From Bacillota bacterium (GTDB lineage: Bacteria > Bacillota > Ch66 > Ch109): a stretch of DNA of 64,000 nucleotides. The notes beneath the pieces were generated by a model. The model searched no databases. It was not told where the DNA came from and saw only the letters and a program-made list of their open reading frames with translations. How positions within the stretch are numbered: position 1 is the stretch's first letter; each line of letters opens with the position of its first letter. This document shows positions 11,768 through 21,901 of this stretch, piece by piece. The translations under genes and the position numbers were made by a program. The stretch lies in the NCBI GenBank assembly GCA_050952625.1, contig JBMNLH010000001.1, positions 1,344,001 to 1,408,000 on the forward strand, read 5' to 3'.

Positions 11768-13324
11768 GTGATTAAAACGACCGCCAAAAAAATTGAACTA
11801 TTTTATCAAAAAGAGTCTAGGATTAACGCAATGGGCGGAGAAAAACAAATCGCCAAGCAACATAGCCTGGGAAAATTAACTGCCAGAGAAAGAGTTAATC
11901 TTCTATTTGATCCGGATACCTTTCAAGAAACCGACAAATTCGTAACCCATCAGTGTACTTACTTCAATATGGATAAAGTAGAGATCCCGGCTGATGGAGT
12001 AATTACTGGATACGGCAAGGTTAATGGTCGCTTAGTCTATGTTTTTGCGCAAGACTTTACCTCTGTAGGTGGGGCAATGGGATTGGCTCAGGCGGAAAAG
12101 ATTTGTAAAATTATGGATATCGCTGCTAGCGTCGGTGCTCCGGTAGTGGGTTTAAACGACTCGGGAGGGGCACGGATTCAAGAAGGAATTAATTCTTTAA
12201 GTGGCTACGGCAAGATGTTTCTGCGGAATATCCGTTATTCCGGCGTTATCCCGCAGATTACGGCGATAATGGGACCAACTGCCGGCGGTGCTGTCTATTC
12301 ACCGGCGATGATGGACTTTATTTTTATGGTCAAAGGAACCGGTCAAATGTTCATTACTGGACCAGAAGTAATTAAAGCAGCGATTGGTGAAACAATTTCT
12401 CCCGAAGAACTGGGGGGAGCAATTACACATAATAAGATTTCCGGCAATGCTCATTTTGTCTGCGATAGTGATGCCGATTGTATTGACCAGATTAAAAAAC
12501 TTCTATCCTATCTACCTTCCAGCAATCAAGAAGCTCCCCCGGTCACCGAGTGCCATGACCCAGCGAACCGCGTTGAGGATAAACTAAATACCATTGTACC
12601 GGATGCGGCTAACCGGGTCTACAATATGAAACAACTTATCAAAATGCTGGTGGACAATGGCGAGTATTTTGAGGTACAGCCTTTATACTCCCCCAACCTG
12701 CTGACTCTGTTTGCCCGATTAAACGGACAAGTCGTTGGAATTATTGCCAATCAACCCATCCAATTGTCGGGCTGTCTGGATGTCAATGCTTCTGATAAAG
12801 GGGCTCGATTTATTCGTTTTTGTGATGCCTTTAACATCCCCCTCCTCACCTTTACCGACACCCCAGGTTTTTTACCTGGCAAAAATCAAGAATTTACCGG
12901 CATTATTCGACATGGCGCGAAGATGCTTTTTGCTTATGGTGAGGCGACAGTTCCCAAAATAACGGTTATCATCCGTAAAGCCTATGGCGGAGCCTATATG
13001 GCGATGTGCGGCAAAGACTTGGCCGCTGATCAGGTTATTGCCTGGCCTACCGCCCAAATAGCGGTCATGGGTGCGCAGGGGGCAGCAAATATTATTTTCC
13101 GCAAAGAAATTGCCGCTGCTGCGGATCCGGAAGCCTTGCGTCAGGAAAAAATAGCCGAATATGAAACCCTCTTTAATAACCCTTACGTCGCGGCGAGCCG
13201 AGGTCTCGTGGATATAGTCTGTGAACCGAGACAAACTCGGCCAACCCTGATTAGAGTTTTGGATAGCTTATTGAAAAAGAAAGAAAACCTCCCCTGGAAA
13301 AAACACTGTAATATCCCATTGTAA
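11768..13324 (+). CDS. Acyl-CoA carboxyltransferase subunit (PccB/MmdA family), paralog 1
   Basis: KLTARER, DSGGARIQEG, GGAVYSPA, DTPGFLPG and RKAYGG motifs. Confidence 0.93.
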   Translation: MIKTTAKKIELFYQKESRINAMGGEKQIAKQHSLGKLTARERVNLLFDPDTFQETDKFVTHQCTYFNMDKVEIPADGVITGYGKVNGRLVYVFAQDFTSVGGAMGLAQAEKICKIMDIAASVGAPVVGLNDSGGARIQEGINSLSGYGKMFLRNIRYSGVIPQITAIMGPTAGGAVYSPAMMDFIFMVKGTGQMFITGPEVIKAAIGETISPEELGGAITHNKISGNAHFVCDSDADCIDQIKKLLSYLPSSNQEAPPVTECHDPANRVEDKLNTIVPDAANRVYNMKQLIKMLVDNGEYFEVQPLYSPNLLTLFARLNGQVVGIIANQPIQLSGCLDVNASDKGARFIRFCDAFNIPLLTFTDTPGFLPGKNQEFTGIIRHGAKMLFAYGEATVPKITVIIRKAYGGAYMAMCGKDLAADQVIAWPTAQIAVMGAQGAANIIFRKEIAAAADPEALRQEKIAEYETLFNNPYVAASRGLVDIVCEPRQTRPTLIRVLDSLLKKKENLPWKKHCNIPL

Positions 13325-13336
13325 TTAATACTGCAT

Positions 13337-13365
13337 CAAGATTCTTCGCTCCGCTCGGAATGACA
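13337..13365 (-). repeat. REP-like palindromic unit (family C)
   Basis: Minus strand TGTCATTCCGAGCGGAGCGAAGAATCT directly after the stop codon; related TGTCATCCTGAGCG at 56487. Confidence 0.5.
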
Positions 13366-13408
13366 GCGGCTTTGTATGAAGACAGCAAGAGTAGGTAAGA
13401 ACAAATTA

Positions 13409-13437
13409 AGCCCTTTCCATTGATAATGGAAAGGGCT
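13409..13437. terminator. Hairpin terminator between convergent genes
   Basis: AGCCCTTTCCATT-GAT-AATGGAAAGGGCT perfect stem. Confidence 0.7.
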
Positions 13438-13579
13438 AATAATTTTAATTTAGTTTTCTCTTCGTGCATCATGCCTAAGTCATAAAACAACTTCAGTTAA
13501 TTATCAAGCTCGGGAAGCCGCTGGAAACTGAGACTATTGACACGGGCAATTTCTAAAACACCTTAATACACGCCAATAA

Positions 13580-14587
13580 TCACGCCCGGCTCTTCAGTTC
13601 CTGAATCAGGGCCGGCACGATTTGCCGATAATCTCCGACGATACCGTAGTCAACCTGTTTAAAGATCGCTGCTTTGGGATCCTGATTGATCGCGACCAAG
13701 GTCCCTTTACCTTTGATCCCAACCGTATGCATCATGTCACCGGAAATCCCTATCCCAATATACAACTCTGGTCGAATCGTCTTACCGCTTTGGCCAATCA
13801 TCAGCTCGTGCTCGGCCCAGCCCTCATCAACGGCTGGACGAGTACACCCAACGACTGCCCCTAAAGCCTCGGCCAAATCCTCCACCAATGCCCATCCCTC
13901 CGGGCCGCCAATACCTGCTCCCCCGGCGACAACCCGGGCGGCAGCTTCCAGCTTGGCTTCTTTCGGTGGTTTACGCCTTACTTCACGCAGTTGAATAGCT
14001 GGAGAATCTTTTGGAATCGGTGCTTCAAACCTTACCACTTCTAAAGGTACTTCTCCGGTTGCCCCGGCTTTAATCTCAGTCGGTTCTCCGGTCTCCAGCA
14101 TTCCTGGTTTTACCGTAGCCACTTGAGGACGGTGCTGTGGTGTTACAATTGTCGCGAAAATCGTGCCTCCCAGCCCGGGTACTATTTGCAGTAAATTCCC
14201 GTCGTGGTCCAATTTCAATTCACAGCAGTCGGCCGCACAACCGGTCCCCAATCGGGCCGCTACGGCTGGTGCCAGATCTCGTCCGAGATAGGTAGCCCCA
14301 AATAGAATCATTTCAGGGCAACCAAACTTCTCAACCAGTCCGGTGATTACTTCTGTATAAATCAAGGGATGGTAATAAGTCAGTCCCTTGTGTTGGGTCA
14401 AATAAACCCGATTAACTTGCCAGTTGCTCAATGAAGAGGCTAGATTCTCAACTTCATCGCCGCAGACAATAGCGATTAATTCTCCACCTAATTCATCAGC
14501 TAGGCTTCTGGCAGTCGTTAGCAATTCCCGGGTTACGCTGGTCCACTGACCCAGCTGGTGTTCGGCAAAAACCCACACTGCTTTCAT
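13580..14587 (-). CDS. etfA: Electron transfer flavoprotein alpha subunit
   Basis: GRDLAP, ADC, RPQVATV, IGQSGK, LYIGIGISG and AINQD motifs. Confidence 0.93.
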   Translation of the reverse strand: MKAVWVFAEHQLGQWTSVTRELLTTARSLADELGGELIAIVCGDEVENLASSLSNWQVNRVYLTQHKGLTYYHPLIYTEVITGLVEKFGCPEMILFGATYLGRDLAPAVAARLGTGCAADCCELKLDHDGNLLQIVPGLGGTIFATIVTPQHRPQVATVKPGMLETGEPTEIKAGATGEVPLEVVRFEAPIPKDSPAIQLREVRRKPPKEAKLEAAARVVAGGAGIGGPEGWALVEDLAEALGAVVGCTRPAVDEGWAEHELMIGQSGKTIRPELYIGIGISGDMMHTVGIKGKGTLVAINQDPKAAIFKQVDYGIVGDYRQIVPALIQELKSRA

Positions 14588-15396
14588 TGTCCCGCCCCCT
14601 TTTCGGTCAAGCCTAGTTTATTTAACAATTGAATTGCTACCTGTTGGGGGGAACCGGTCAGCAGTTCTACTTTTTTGGTTGATTCGTGGGTAAACAAATC
14701 CCGGGTCTGAGTTGGTGAGCCATTTAAACCAATCCCGGCTAAATCGATCGGCAGATCATCAGCAGTAAACGTAATGACTTTTCTTTTCCGCGCGGCTAAA
14801 ATTCCAAGCATAGAAAGCCGCCGCGGCTGATTAACGGCAGAATCTACCGTGATGAGCAACGGTAATTGACCCAACAAATCCCGCTGTTCAGTTTCATCCT
14901 CCACCGTAACCAGCAGGTGGTTATCATCCTCTCTCTTTAGTTGACAAACCCGGGTTAGCCAGGGAATACCTAATAATACAGCCAGTTGAGCTCCTACCTG
15001 AGCTGTTCCGCCATCAAAACTTTCCGCTCCACAAATAATCAGGTCCCACTCGCCCATTTTTTTCAGGCCAACGGCTAACACTCGGGCGGTAGCCAACGTG
15101 TCTCCACCGGCAAAGCGCAAATCCGACAGCAAAACAGCCTCATCCGCCCCCATCGCTAAAGTTTCGGTTAGGGTCTGTTCAGCAGCCGGCGGGGCCATTG
15201 AAAATACAGTTGCCTTTCCTTCAGCTTCCTCTTTCAATTTAATACCGGCTTCTAGGGCATGTCGATCTAAAGGGTTAATCACCAGCGGAATACCCTTGCG
15301 TACCAGGGTCTTGGTTACTGGGTCAACCTGTAACCGGTTGCTCTCTTTAGGATCTGGTACCGGTTTAACACAGACAGCGATACGTAATGGACGCAA
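14584..15396 (-). CDS. etfB: Electron transfer flavoprotein beta subunit
   Basis: CVKPVPD, INPLD, GGDTLAT and DGGTAQVG motifs. Confidence 0.93.
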   Translation of the reverse strand: MRPLRIAVCVKPVPDPKESNRLQVDPVTKTLVRKGIPLVINPLDRHALEAGIKLKEEAEGKATVFSMAPPAAEQTLTETLAMGADEAVLLSDLRFAGGDTLATARVLAVGLKKMGEWDLIICGAESFDGGTAQVGAQLAVLLGIPWLTRVCQLKREDDNHLLVTVEDETEQRDLLGQLPLLITVDSAVNQPRRLSMLGILAARKRKVITFTADDLPIDLAGIGLNGSPTQTRDLFTHESTKKVELLTGSPQQVAIQLLNKLGLTEKGAGQ

Positions 15397-15411
15397 AAGT
15401 TCACCCCCCTA

Positions 15412-16563
15412 TTATCCGTTTAAAGACATCCGAGCAACAGTTAACCTCATAATGTCACCCGTTCCGGCTGCTGCCCAGATCATTCTAGCGTCACGCAGAT
15501 AACGTTCGACATGATATTCTTCAACTACCCCATAACCGCCCAGGATTTCAACCGCCAGGTCCGAAGCCTTGATCGCTGCATCCGTAGCATAAGATTTAGC
15601 CATGGCCACATAAGGGGCCAAATCTTTATCCGGCACATTTTGATCTGTCATCCAGGCGGCCCGATAGACTAGCAGACGGCTGGCTTCAAGGAGATAAGTC
15701 ATTTCCGCGATCTTAAACTGAACACCCTGAAGATGGGCGATTGGTTTACCATACAAAACTCGCTCATTAGCAAACTTAACGGCAGCGTCTAATGAAGCCT
15801 TAATGACGCCTAGGCCGACCGCGGCCATGCCCATTCGACCCATACGGCCGATGGAGGTCATAGCCACTGTAATCCCTTTACCCTCACCTAAGATGATGTG
15901 GCTGTGCGGCACTCGACAATTCTGGAAAATCAGATCACCGTTGTCCAGACCATGAAAACCAGTTTTACTTTCCATTCGGCCGGTCTTATAACCTTCCATT
16001 GACTTATCAACAAAGAAGGTGGTAAATTCTTTTTTCGGTTGATCATTGGTGACAGCGGTTAGCCAAGTACAATTAGCTGTTTTGTTGTTGCTGATAAAAC
16101 ACTTCCGGCCGTTAATTATCCAGTCATCCCCATCCCGAACCGCAGTCGTAGTCATCCCGCCCGTAGGATCTGATCCACCGCTGGCTTCAGTAATCGCTCC
16201 GGTAGCAATATATTCTCCAGCGGCCACGCCGGGCAGATATTTGGCTTTCAATTCTGGCGAACCGAGACGAACTAACGGTACATAACCCAAACAGTGCACC
16301 TGAAAAGAAGTGCCAAGGGCTGCCGAAATACGAGAGATTTCTTCTACTACCAGGATGGCGGCCAGAGTCCCCAAATTGCTTCCGCCGTATTCCTCTGGCA
16401 CTAGAATCCCTGTAAAACCAGCTTCCGCCAATATCGGATAAAAATCTTCGGGCAGTTCCTTGGTTTTTTCCATCTCTTCCACCTGAGGAGCAATCACTTC
16501 TTCAGCTAACTCACGGGCTGCCTTTTTTAATAACTCCTGTTCCGCGGTGAATTCAAAATTCAT
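15412..16563 (-). CDS. Acyl-CoA dehydrogenase family protein (atypical active site)
   Basis: PEEYGG, ITEASGGSD, NGRKCFIS and GGYGV motifs; ATG 16563 after AGGAGG. Confidence 0.92.
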   Translation of the reverse strand: MNFEFTAEQELLKKAARELAEEVIAPQVEEMEKTKELPEDFYPILAEAGFTGILVPEEYGGSNLGTLAAILVVEEISRISAALGTSFQVHCLGYVPLVRLGSPELKAKYLPGVAAGEYIATGAITEASGGSDPTGGMTTTAVRDGDDWIINGRKCFISNNKTANCTWLTAVTNDQPKKEFTTFFVDKSMEGYKTGRMESKTGFHGLDNGDLIFQNCRVPHSHIILGEGKGITVAMTSIGRMGRMGMAAVGLGVIKASLDAAVKFANERVLYGKPIAHLQGVQFKIAEMTYLLEASRLLVYRAAWMTDQNVPDKDLAPYVAMAKSYATDAAIKASDLAVEILGGYGVVEEYHVERYLRDARMIWAAAGTGDIMRLTVARMSLNG

Positions 16564-17002
16564 ATAACACTGCCTCCTTATTAACCTGAGTTGCTGCTTT
16601 TTCGGTCTTCTCTCTCCACGTTTTTGTCCTCCCAGGAAGCACCGCAAACTGGAAAAAGAGACAAACACCTCCACCGTTACCCTGAGCTAAGTAACTATTG
16701 CAGTTTACACTATCACCTTATAACCTTAAAGAAACAAGCCGTTGCTCCCATCACCTCCGATACTTGGCTAAGTCTTGCTAAATCTTTAAAAATATTTAAG
16801 GAATATTTAGGCAACTCAAAACAAGAGGCTCTCTATCTATTTCTTTCAATTGGTTTATTTTCGCCATAAATCGTCAGATTCCTCCTGGAATAACGTTGAA
16901 AAAGTTCGATGTATGTAAAATGTTCTGCTTTTATAAAAAATAAAAGCGGGATCACCCCGCTATTCATTAAATTAACAAAACTATAGAAATTTTTAAATGC
17001 GC

Positions 17003-18223
17003 TTACGTCAAATTGTTTAACAAAGTTTGCCAAACTTGCTCAAAACGATTTAACCCTTCTTCTATATTCTCCTGACTGGTTGCATAACTAAGACGCAGGT
17101 AATCGTTAACCCCAAAAGCAATCCCCGGAACAACGGCGATCCGTCCATGACTCAACATGATCCGAGCGAGATCAGCCGAATCTCGAATTTCTTCTCCTTG
17201 ATAGCTATGGCCAAAGGCAGCGGAAATATTGGGAAAAGCATAAAAGGCCCCACCTGGTTTACGGCAAGTTATCCCTGGAATAGCAGATAATCGTTCCAGG
17301 ATATAATCCCGACGCTTTTTAAACTCAGCCACCATTTCTTTTACCGGGGTCTGAGAACCGCGAATTGCTTCTACGGCCCCCCATTGCGCAAAGGAATTAG
17401 GATTAGAGGTCGCGTGGCTCTGCAAATCCGCCATGGCTTTAGCCACTGAGGCTGGTGCGGCCGCATACCCAATTCGCCACCCAGTCATTGAATATGACTT
17501 GGAAACTCCATTTACCACGATAGTCAATTCTTTAATCTCCGGGCCTAAAGAAGCTAAACTAACGTGCTCCAATTCATCGTAGACCAATTTCTCATAGATT
17601 TCATCAGAAATGACTATTAGTTGATGTCTCACCAAGCAATCAGCTAATGCCTGCAATTCGTCTCGGTTATAGACCGAGCCAGTCGGGTTGCTGGGACTAT
17701 TTAGAATTAGCAGCTTGGTACTAGGGTTAATGACCGCTTCAAGTTCCGCAGGGGTTAGTTTAAAGTCATTTTCCTCACGAGTGATAACCACCCGCGGGAT
17801 CCCACCGGCTAACTTAACCATTTCTGCGTAACTCACCCAATAAGGAGCCGGTAAAACAACCTCATCCCCCGGATTAATCAAGACTTGAATGGCATTAAAA
17901 AGAGAATGTTTGGCACCATTAGACACTACTATCTGACTAGTTTGGTAATCCAAACCATTCTCATTGCTTAATTTATCTTTAATCGCTTCTTTTAAATCAT
18001 CTATCCCGGCTACCGGAGTATACTTCGTAAAACCCTTGGCCAGGGCCTGAGCAGCAGCTGATTTAATGTGCTTTGGAGTATCGAAATCCGGCTCTCCGAC
18101 TCCAAAACTAATAATATGAATTCCTTCTTTGACCATCTTTTTCGCCTGGGCATCGATTGCCATAGTTGGTGAAGCACTGATGCTCCGAGCGCGGTCTGCC
18201 AGGTTAATTGCCAATTCACCCAC
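17003..18223 (-). CDS. Class I PLP aminotransferase (aspartate aminotransferase-like)
   Basis: GEPDF, NSPSNPTG, SDEIY and SKSYSMTGWRIGY motifs. Confidence 0.93.
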   Translation of the reverse strand: MGELAINLADRARSISASPTMAIDAQAKKMVKEGIHIISFGVGEPDFDTPKHIKSAAAQALAKGFTKYTPVAGIDDLKEAIKDKLSNENGLDYQTSQIVVSNGAKHSLFNAIQVLINPGDEVVLPAPYWVSYAEMVKLAGGIPRVVITREENDFKLTPAELEAVINPSTKLLILNSPSNPTGSVYNRDELQALADCLVRHQLIVISDEIYEKLVYDELEHVSLASLGPEIKELTIVVNGVSKSYSMTGWRIGYAAAPASVAKAMADLQSHATSNPNSFAQWGAVEAIRGSQTPVKEMVAEFKKRRDYILERLSAIPGITCRKPGGAFYAFPNISAAFGHSYQGEEIRDSADLARIMLSHGRIAVVPGIAFGVNDYLRLSYATSQENIEEGLNRFEQVWQTLLNNLT

Positions 18224-18288
18224 TACCCTTCCTCATGAATATACTACAGTATCATTTAAGGCTAACAGTATTTTTACTATTATATAAT

Positions 18289-18315
18289 ATTCGACAGAGC
18301 CCAACTGGTTCCTAC
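18289..18315 (-). promoter_or_regulatory. Putative sigma-H promoter of the aminotransferase gene
   Basis: Minus strand GTAGGA-17 nt-GAAT; the spacer end overlaps TGTCGAA. Confidence 0.5.
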
Positions 18316-18388
18316 CTATTTCATCTTACGCGACAAGTATACATGAATTTTCTAGATCTAATTTTCACAAAGAGAGGGCTGAGCCATA

Positions 18389-18850
18389 TTGATCCTTGAA
18401 CCGAAAGACAAAAAAAGAAATCCCCCTTCCAAGTGGGGATTTAAACAAGTAATAAAAAATAATAAATTAAACTCGGATTCATCCTTAACTAGTCAAATAT
18501 GCCTTTCACTAGGGGAGCTTCGTCTTTTTTTTAAACGGATGCACGAACCCGCTAAACCACACGAAACAACCGTGGTAATTCCAAGAGCAGAAATCCGCTC
18601 TAGTCTAAGAATCGGAAAATATATAAACTATTCCAAAGAGATGCTCTTAAACAGCATCACCCTAGTTGATTCTCCCCAGCGATCATCAACTAGCCAACCT
18701 TTTCAGGAAAGTGACTCTAATCATCATGATCCGGTGGATCATGATAGAAACAAGCCGATAAAGCCTGCCTCAGACCAAACTAGGAAACCCTATGTATTAA
18801 TAAATTTTCGTTATAAAAATAATAACAAAAGCAAATCACAAGGTTTCTAA
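18389..18850 (+). CDS. Hypothetical protein
   Basis: 153-codon ORF filling a gap; no recognisable motif. Confidence 0.4.
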   Translation: MILEPKDKKRNPPSKWGFKQVIKNNKLNSDSSLTSQICLSLGELRLFFKRMHEPAKPHETTVVIPRAEIRSSLRIGKYINYSKEMLLNSITLVDSPQRSSTSQPFQESDSNHHDPVDHDRNKPIKPASDQTRKPYVLINFRYKNNNKSKSQGF

Positions 18851-19455
18851 TCATCAAGATGACTGGAATCACCCCAAAATACGACCCGGGTAACCGGACC
18901 CTCAAATTCGACCAGACTTACGTTAGTGTTTCGGGCAAAATACCTTTTCAAGAAAGGGGCATCCTCTTGTAAAAAAGTTAACAGCAAAATAGCGATTAGA
19001 CCGCCATGGCCAACCAAGGCAATTGTTCCATTGGGATACTTTTCTTTTATTTCTTCAAGACAAGTCAGGGCTCGATCGCGTACCTCAGCTAGGCTCTCAC
19101 CCCCGGGTACCCTATTCTTTTCGGGGTCAGCCAACCACATATCTCGCGTTCCAGGATATTGGGCGTTAATCTCAGCCAAAGTTAGGCCTTCCCATAAGCC
19201 ATAGTCGATTTCCCGCAAGGCTGGCAAAGACGTAACCGTCAAACCATGCTCACGAGCAATTATCTCTGCGGTTACTCTAGCCCGAGATAAATCACTAGAA
19301 AAAACAGCATCTAATGGTTCATCCTTCAGCCGCTTAGCCACTAAACCGGCCTGCCATTCTCCTGTTTTGCTTAACGGAACGTCAGTATGGCCCTGATAAC
19401 GATAATTTTGATTCCAAATTGTTTCCCCATGTCTGATTAGAAATAACCTTAACAT
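18847..19455 (-). CDS. cobC: Histidine phosphatase family protein (alpha-ribazole phosphatase-like)
   Basis: RHGET, SSDLSRA, EIDYGLWEG and GHGG motifs; adjacent to cobO. Confidence 0.75.
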   Translation of the reverse strand: MLRLFLIRHGETIWNQNYRYQGHTDVPLSKTGEWQAGLVAKRLKDEPLDAVFSSDLSRARVTAEIIAREHGLTVTSLPALREIDYGLWEGLTLAEINAQYPGTRDMWLADPEKNRVPGGESLAEVRDRALTCLEEIKEKYPNGTIALVGHGGLIAILLLTFLQEDAPFLKRYFARNTNVSLVEFEGPVTRVVFWGDSSHLDD

Positions 19456-19516
19456 TATCTTACTCCTATAATCTGATATGGCTAACGCTTATGTTTTACT
19501 TAGTCAGCCGGTTTCC

Positions 19517-20071
19517 CTAGTATTCTATTCCTAACCGAGCCGGTACACCACTATGAAAATAGTGCTTGATCTCGTTCATTTCGGTCACTAGATCTGCCAT
19601 TTCCATTAGTGGCCGCGGTAAACTCCGACCGGTTAAAACTATTTCCAGGTATTCAGAACGATTCTTTAGAACACGAATAACCTCGTCTAGATCGATCAGT
19701 TTGTTTTCAATAGCATCTAGTAACTCATCCAGGATCAACACCTCGCATTCGCCCCCAAGGATTAACTTCTGTACATATTCCCAGGCAATCTGAATCTCTT
19801 TCTCCAACCGCTGTCTGTCTTCTTTCGATAACATCCAAACAAATCCATGTGGTCGTTCAAAACGCAGTATTTGAAACTGAGGCTCCAATGTCCGGACCGA
19901 ATGAAGTTCTCCGGTATCCATGCCTTTTAAAAACTGTACCATAATAACTCGCAGACCACGGCCAATCGCCCGCAATCCCAAGCCTAGAGCCGCTGTAGTT
20001 TTCCCTTTGCCGGTACCCATATATACATGAATCATGCCTTTAATCTTTTGGTCACCTTGTAAGGTAATCAC
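19517..20071 (-). CDS. cobO: Cob(I)yrinic acid a,c-diamide adenosyltransferase
   Basis: GTGKGKTTAALG, VQFLKG, LILDE, LTGR, ADLVTEM and GIEY motifs. Confidence 0.92.
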   Translation of the reverse strand: MITLQGDQKIKGMIHVYMGTGKGKTTAALGLGLRAIGRGLRVIMVQFLKGMDTGELHSVRTLEPQFQILRFERPHGFVWMLSKEDRQRLEKEIQIAWEYVQKLILGGECEVLILDELLDAIENKLIDLDEVIRVLKNRSEYLEIVLTGRSLPRPLMEMADLVTEMNEIKHYFHSGVPARLGIEY

Positions 20072-20232
20072 CTCCTAAATACTATGCGCTTGGATTAATG
20101 TAGTCATTAGGTAAAGATTGGAATTAGCAGACGCCATGCAATACCAACTTGTGACCTTATAATAAGGTGTAAGCAAGGTTTTTCTCTTCTTTGTTGCTGT
20201 TAGGCTATTATCTATATACAACAAATGATAAG

Positions 20233-20262
20233 AAAACCCTTCCGAGATTTCGGAAGGGTTGA
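20233..20262 (-). terminator. Intrinsic terminator after carboxyltransferase paralog 2
   Basis: AACCCTTCCGA-GAT-TTCGGAAGGGTT stem with T-run on the minus strand. Confidence 0.7.
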
Positions 20263-20338
20263 TTTTAGGGGGGATGCGACGTGGAACTCGATACCTGGTT
20301 TCCTGGTTGTTGCTGACCGGGTCGTGTAAAGCCTAATC

Positions 20339-21901
20339 TTAGAGAGGAATATTACCGTGCTTCTTCCAGGGAAGCTTGTCAACCTTGTCCTTGAAGGCTT
20401 CCAGGGCACTGATAATGGTCGGCCGGGTTTGCTTCGGCTCGATAACACAGTCAATGTGCCCTTTGGCCGCTGCAATATAAGGATTATTGAACGTAGTATC
20501 ATATTGCTTAATAAGCTCAGCCCGTTTGGCATCTGGATCCTCGGCAGCAGCAATCTCTTTTCGGAAGACAATGTTCGCTGCCCCTTCTGCACCCATAACA
20601 GCAATTTGAGCAGTCGGCCAGGCAATAACCATATCTGGCCCCATGTCCTTACTGCACATGGCCATGTAGGAACCGCCATAAGCTTTACGAGTAATAATCG
20701 TGATTTTCGGTACTGTGGCTTCGGAATAAGCATAGAGCATTTTGGCACCGTGGCGGATGATTCCACTCCATTCTTGGCCTTTGCCAGGTAAGAAACCAGG
20801 GACGTCTACAAAAGTAAGAATCGGAATGTTGAAGCAGTCACAGAAACGAATGTGCCGGGCAGCTTTATCAGAACAGTTAACGTCCAGGCAGCCAGACATC
20901 ATTTGCGGTTGGTTAGCAATAATCCCAACAGTTTGTCCGTTCATCCGGGCAAACAGGGTCAGCATATTCTGGGCATAGTCTTTCATGACTTCTAAAATTT
21001 CGCCGTTATCCACAACCAACTTGATCAAGTTCCGCATATTGAAAACACGATTGGAAGAGTCCGGAATAAAGGTGTTCAGTTTTTCTTCCATTCGATCAAT
21101 GGGATCGTTGCATTCAACAACCGGAGCTTTTTCGCGATTGCTCTGCGGCAAGTAGGATAGCAGTTCCTTAACCTTAGTGATACATTCTTCATCATTTTCT
21201 ACTGCCCAGTGAGCGTTACCGGAAATCTTAGTGTGGGTTACGGCCCCGCCCAGTTCTTCGGCAGTAATAATTTCGCCGGTGGCAGCTTTAATAACCTCTG
21301 GCCCAGTGATGTACATCTGGCCAGTACCTTTAACCATCAGAATGAAGTCCATGATCGCCGGGGAATAAACAGCTCCGCCAGCGGTCGGCCCCATAATACA
21401 GGTGATTTGCGGCACAACTCCGGAAGCCCGGGTGTTACGGAAGAAGATCTTACCGTATCCACTGAGGGAGTACATACCTTCCTGAATCCGAGCTCCACCG
21501 GAATCGTTGAACCCAACAATTGGCGCACCCATGGCCATCGCCATTTCCTGCATTTTGCAGATTTTATTAGCTTGCCATTCGCCCATGGATCCACCCATAG
21601 AGGTGAAGTCCTGCGAAAAAACAAATACGGTCCGGCCATTAACTTTACCATAACCGCAAACTACTGCATCAGCCGGTACTTCTTTTTTATCCATCCCAAA
21701 AAAGGTGCTGTGGTGAGTAACAAACTTATCAATTTCTACAAAAGTGCCCTCATCAAAGAAAAAGTCGATTCTTTCCCGAGCGGTCATTTTCCCCATGCCT
21801 TTTTGCTTTTCCACCATCTTGGGACCGCCCATGGCATCAATTGTCGCACTTCTTTGTCTAAAGTTTTCCAGCTTTTCAGCAGTAGTTAAAAAATCAGCCA
21901 T
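20339..21901 (-). CDS. Acyl-CoA carboxyltransferase subunit (PccB/MmdA family), paralog 2
   Basis: Same motifs as paralog 1; C-terminal KKHGNIPL. Confidence 0.93.
   Translation of the reverse strand: MADFLTTAEKLENFRQRSATIDAMGGPKMVEKQKGMGKMTARERIDFFFDEGTFVEIDKFVTHHSTFFGMDKKEVPADAVVCGYGKVNGRTVFVFSQDFTSMGGSMGEWQANKICKMQEMAMAMGAPIVGFNDSGGARIQEGMYSLSGYGKIFFRNTRASGVVPQITCIMGPTAGGAVYSPAIMDFILMVKGTGQMYITGPEVIKAATGEIITAEELGGAVTHTKISGNAHWAVENDEECITKVKELLSYLPQSNREKAPVVECNDPIDRMEEKLNTFIPDSSNRVFNMRNLIKLVVDNGEILEVMKDYAQNMLTLFARMNGQTVGIIANQPQMMSGCLDVNCSDKAARHIRFCDCFNIPILTFVDVPGFLPGKGQEWSGIIRHGAKMLYAYSEATVPKITIITRKAYGGSYMAMCSKDMGPDMVIAWPTAQIAVMGAEGAANIVFRKEIAAAEDPDAKRAELIKQYDTTFNNPYIAAAKGHIDCVIEPKQTRPTIISALEAFKDKVDKLPWKKHGNIPL

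Noticed and set aside
16763-16779. Sigma-54-like TGGC-N6-TTGC motif
   Set aside because: It lies on the plus strand, pointing away from the ACAD-etf operon, with no gene to drive.
19455-20210. Cobalamin riboswitch upstream of cobO-cobC
   Set aside because: No B12-box or GGGAA/GCCACTG core visible in the short upstream region.
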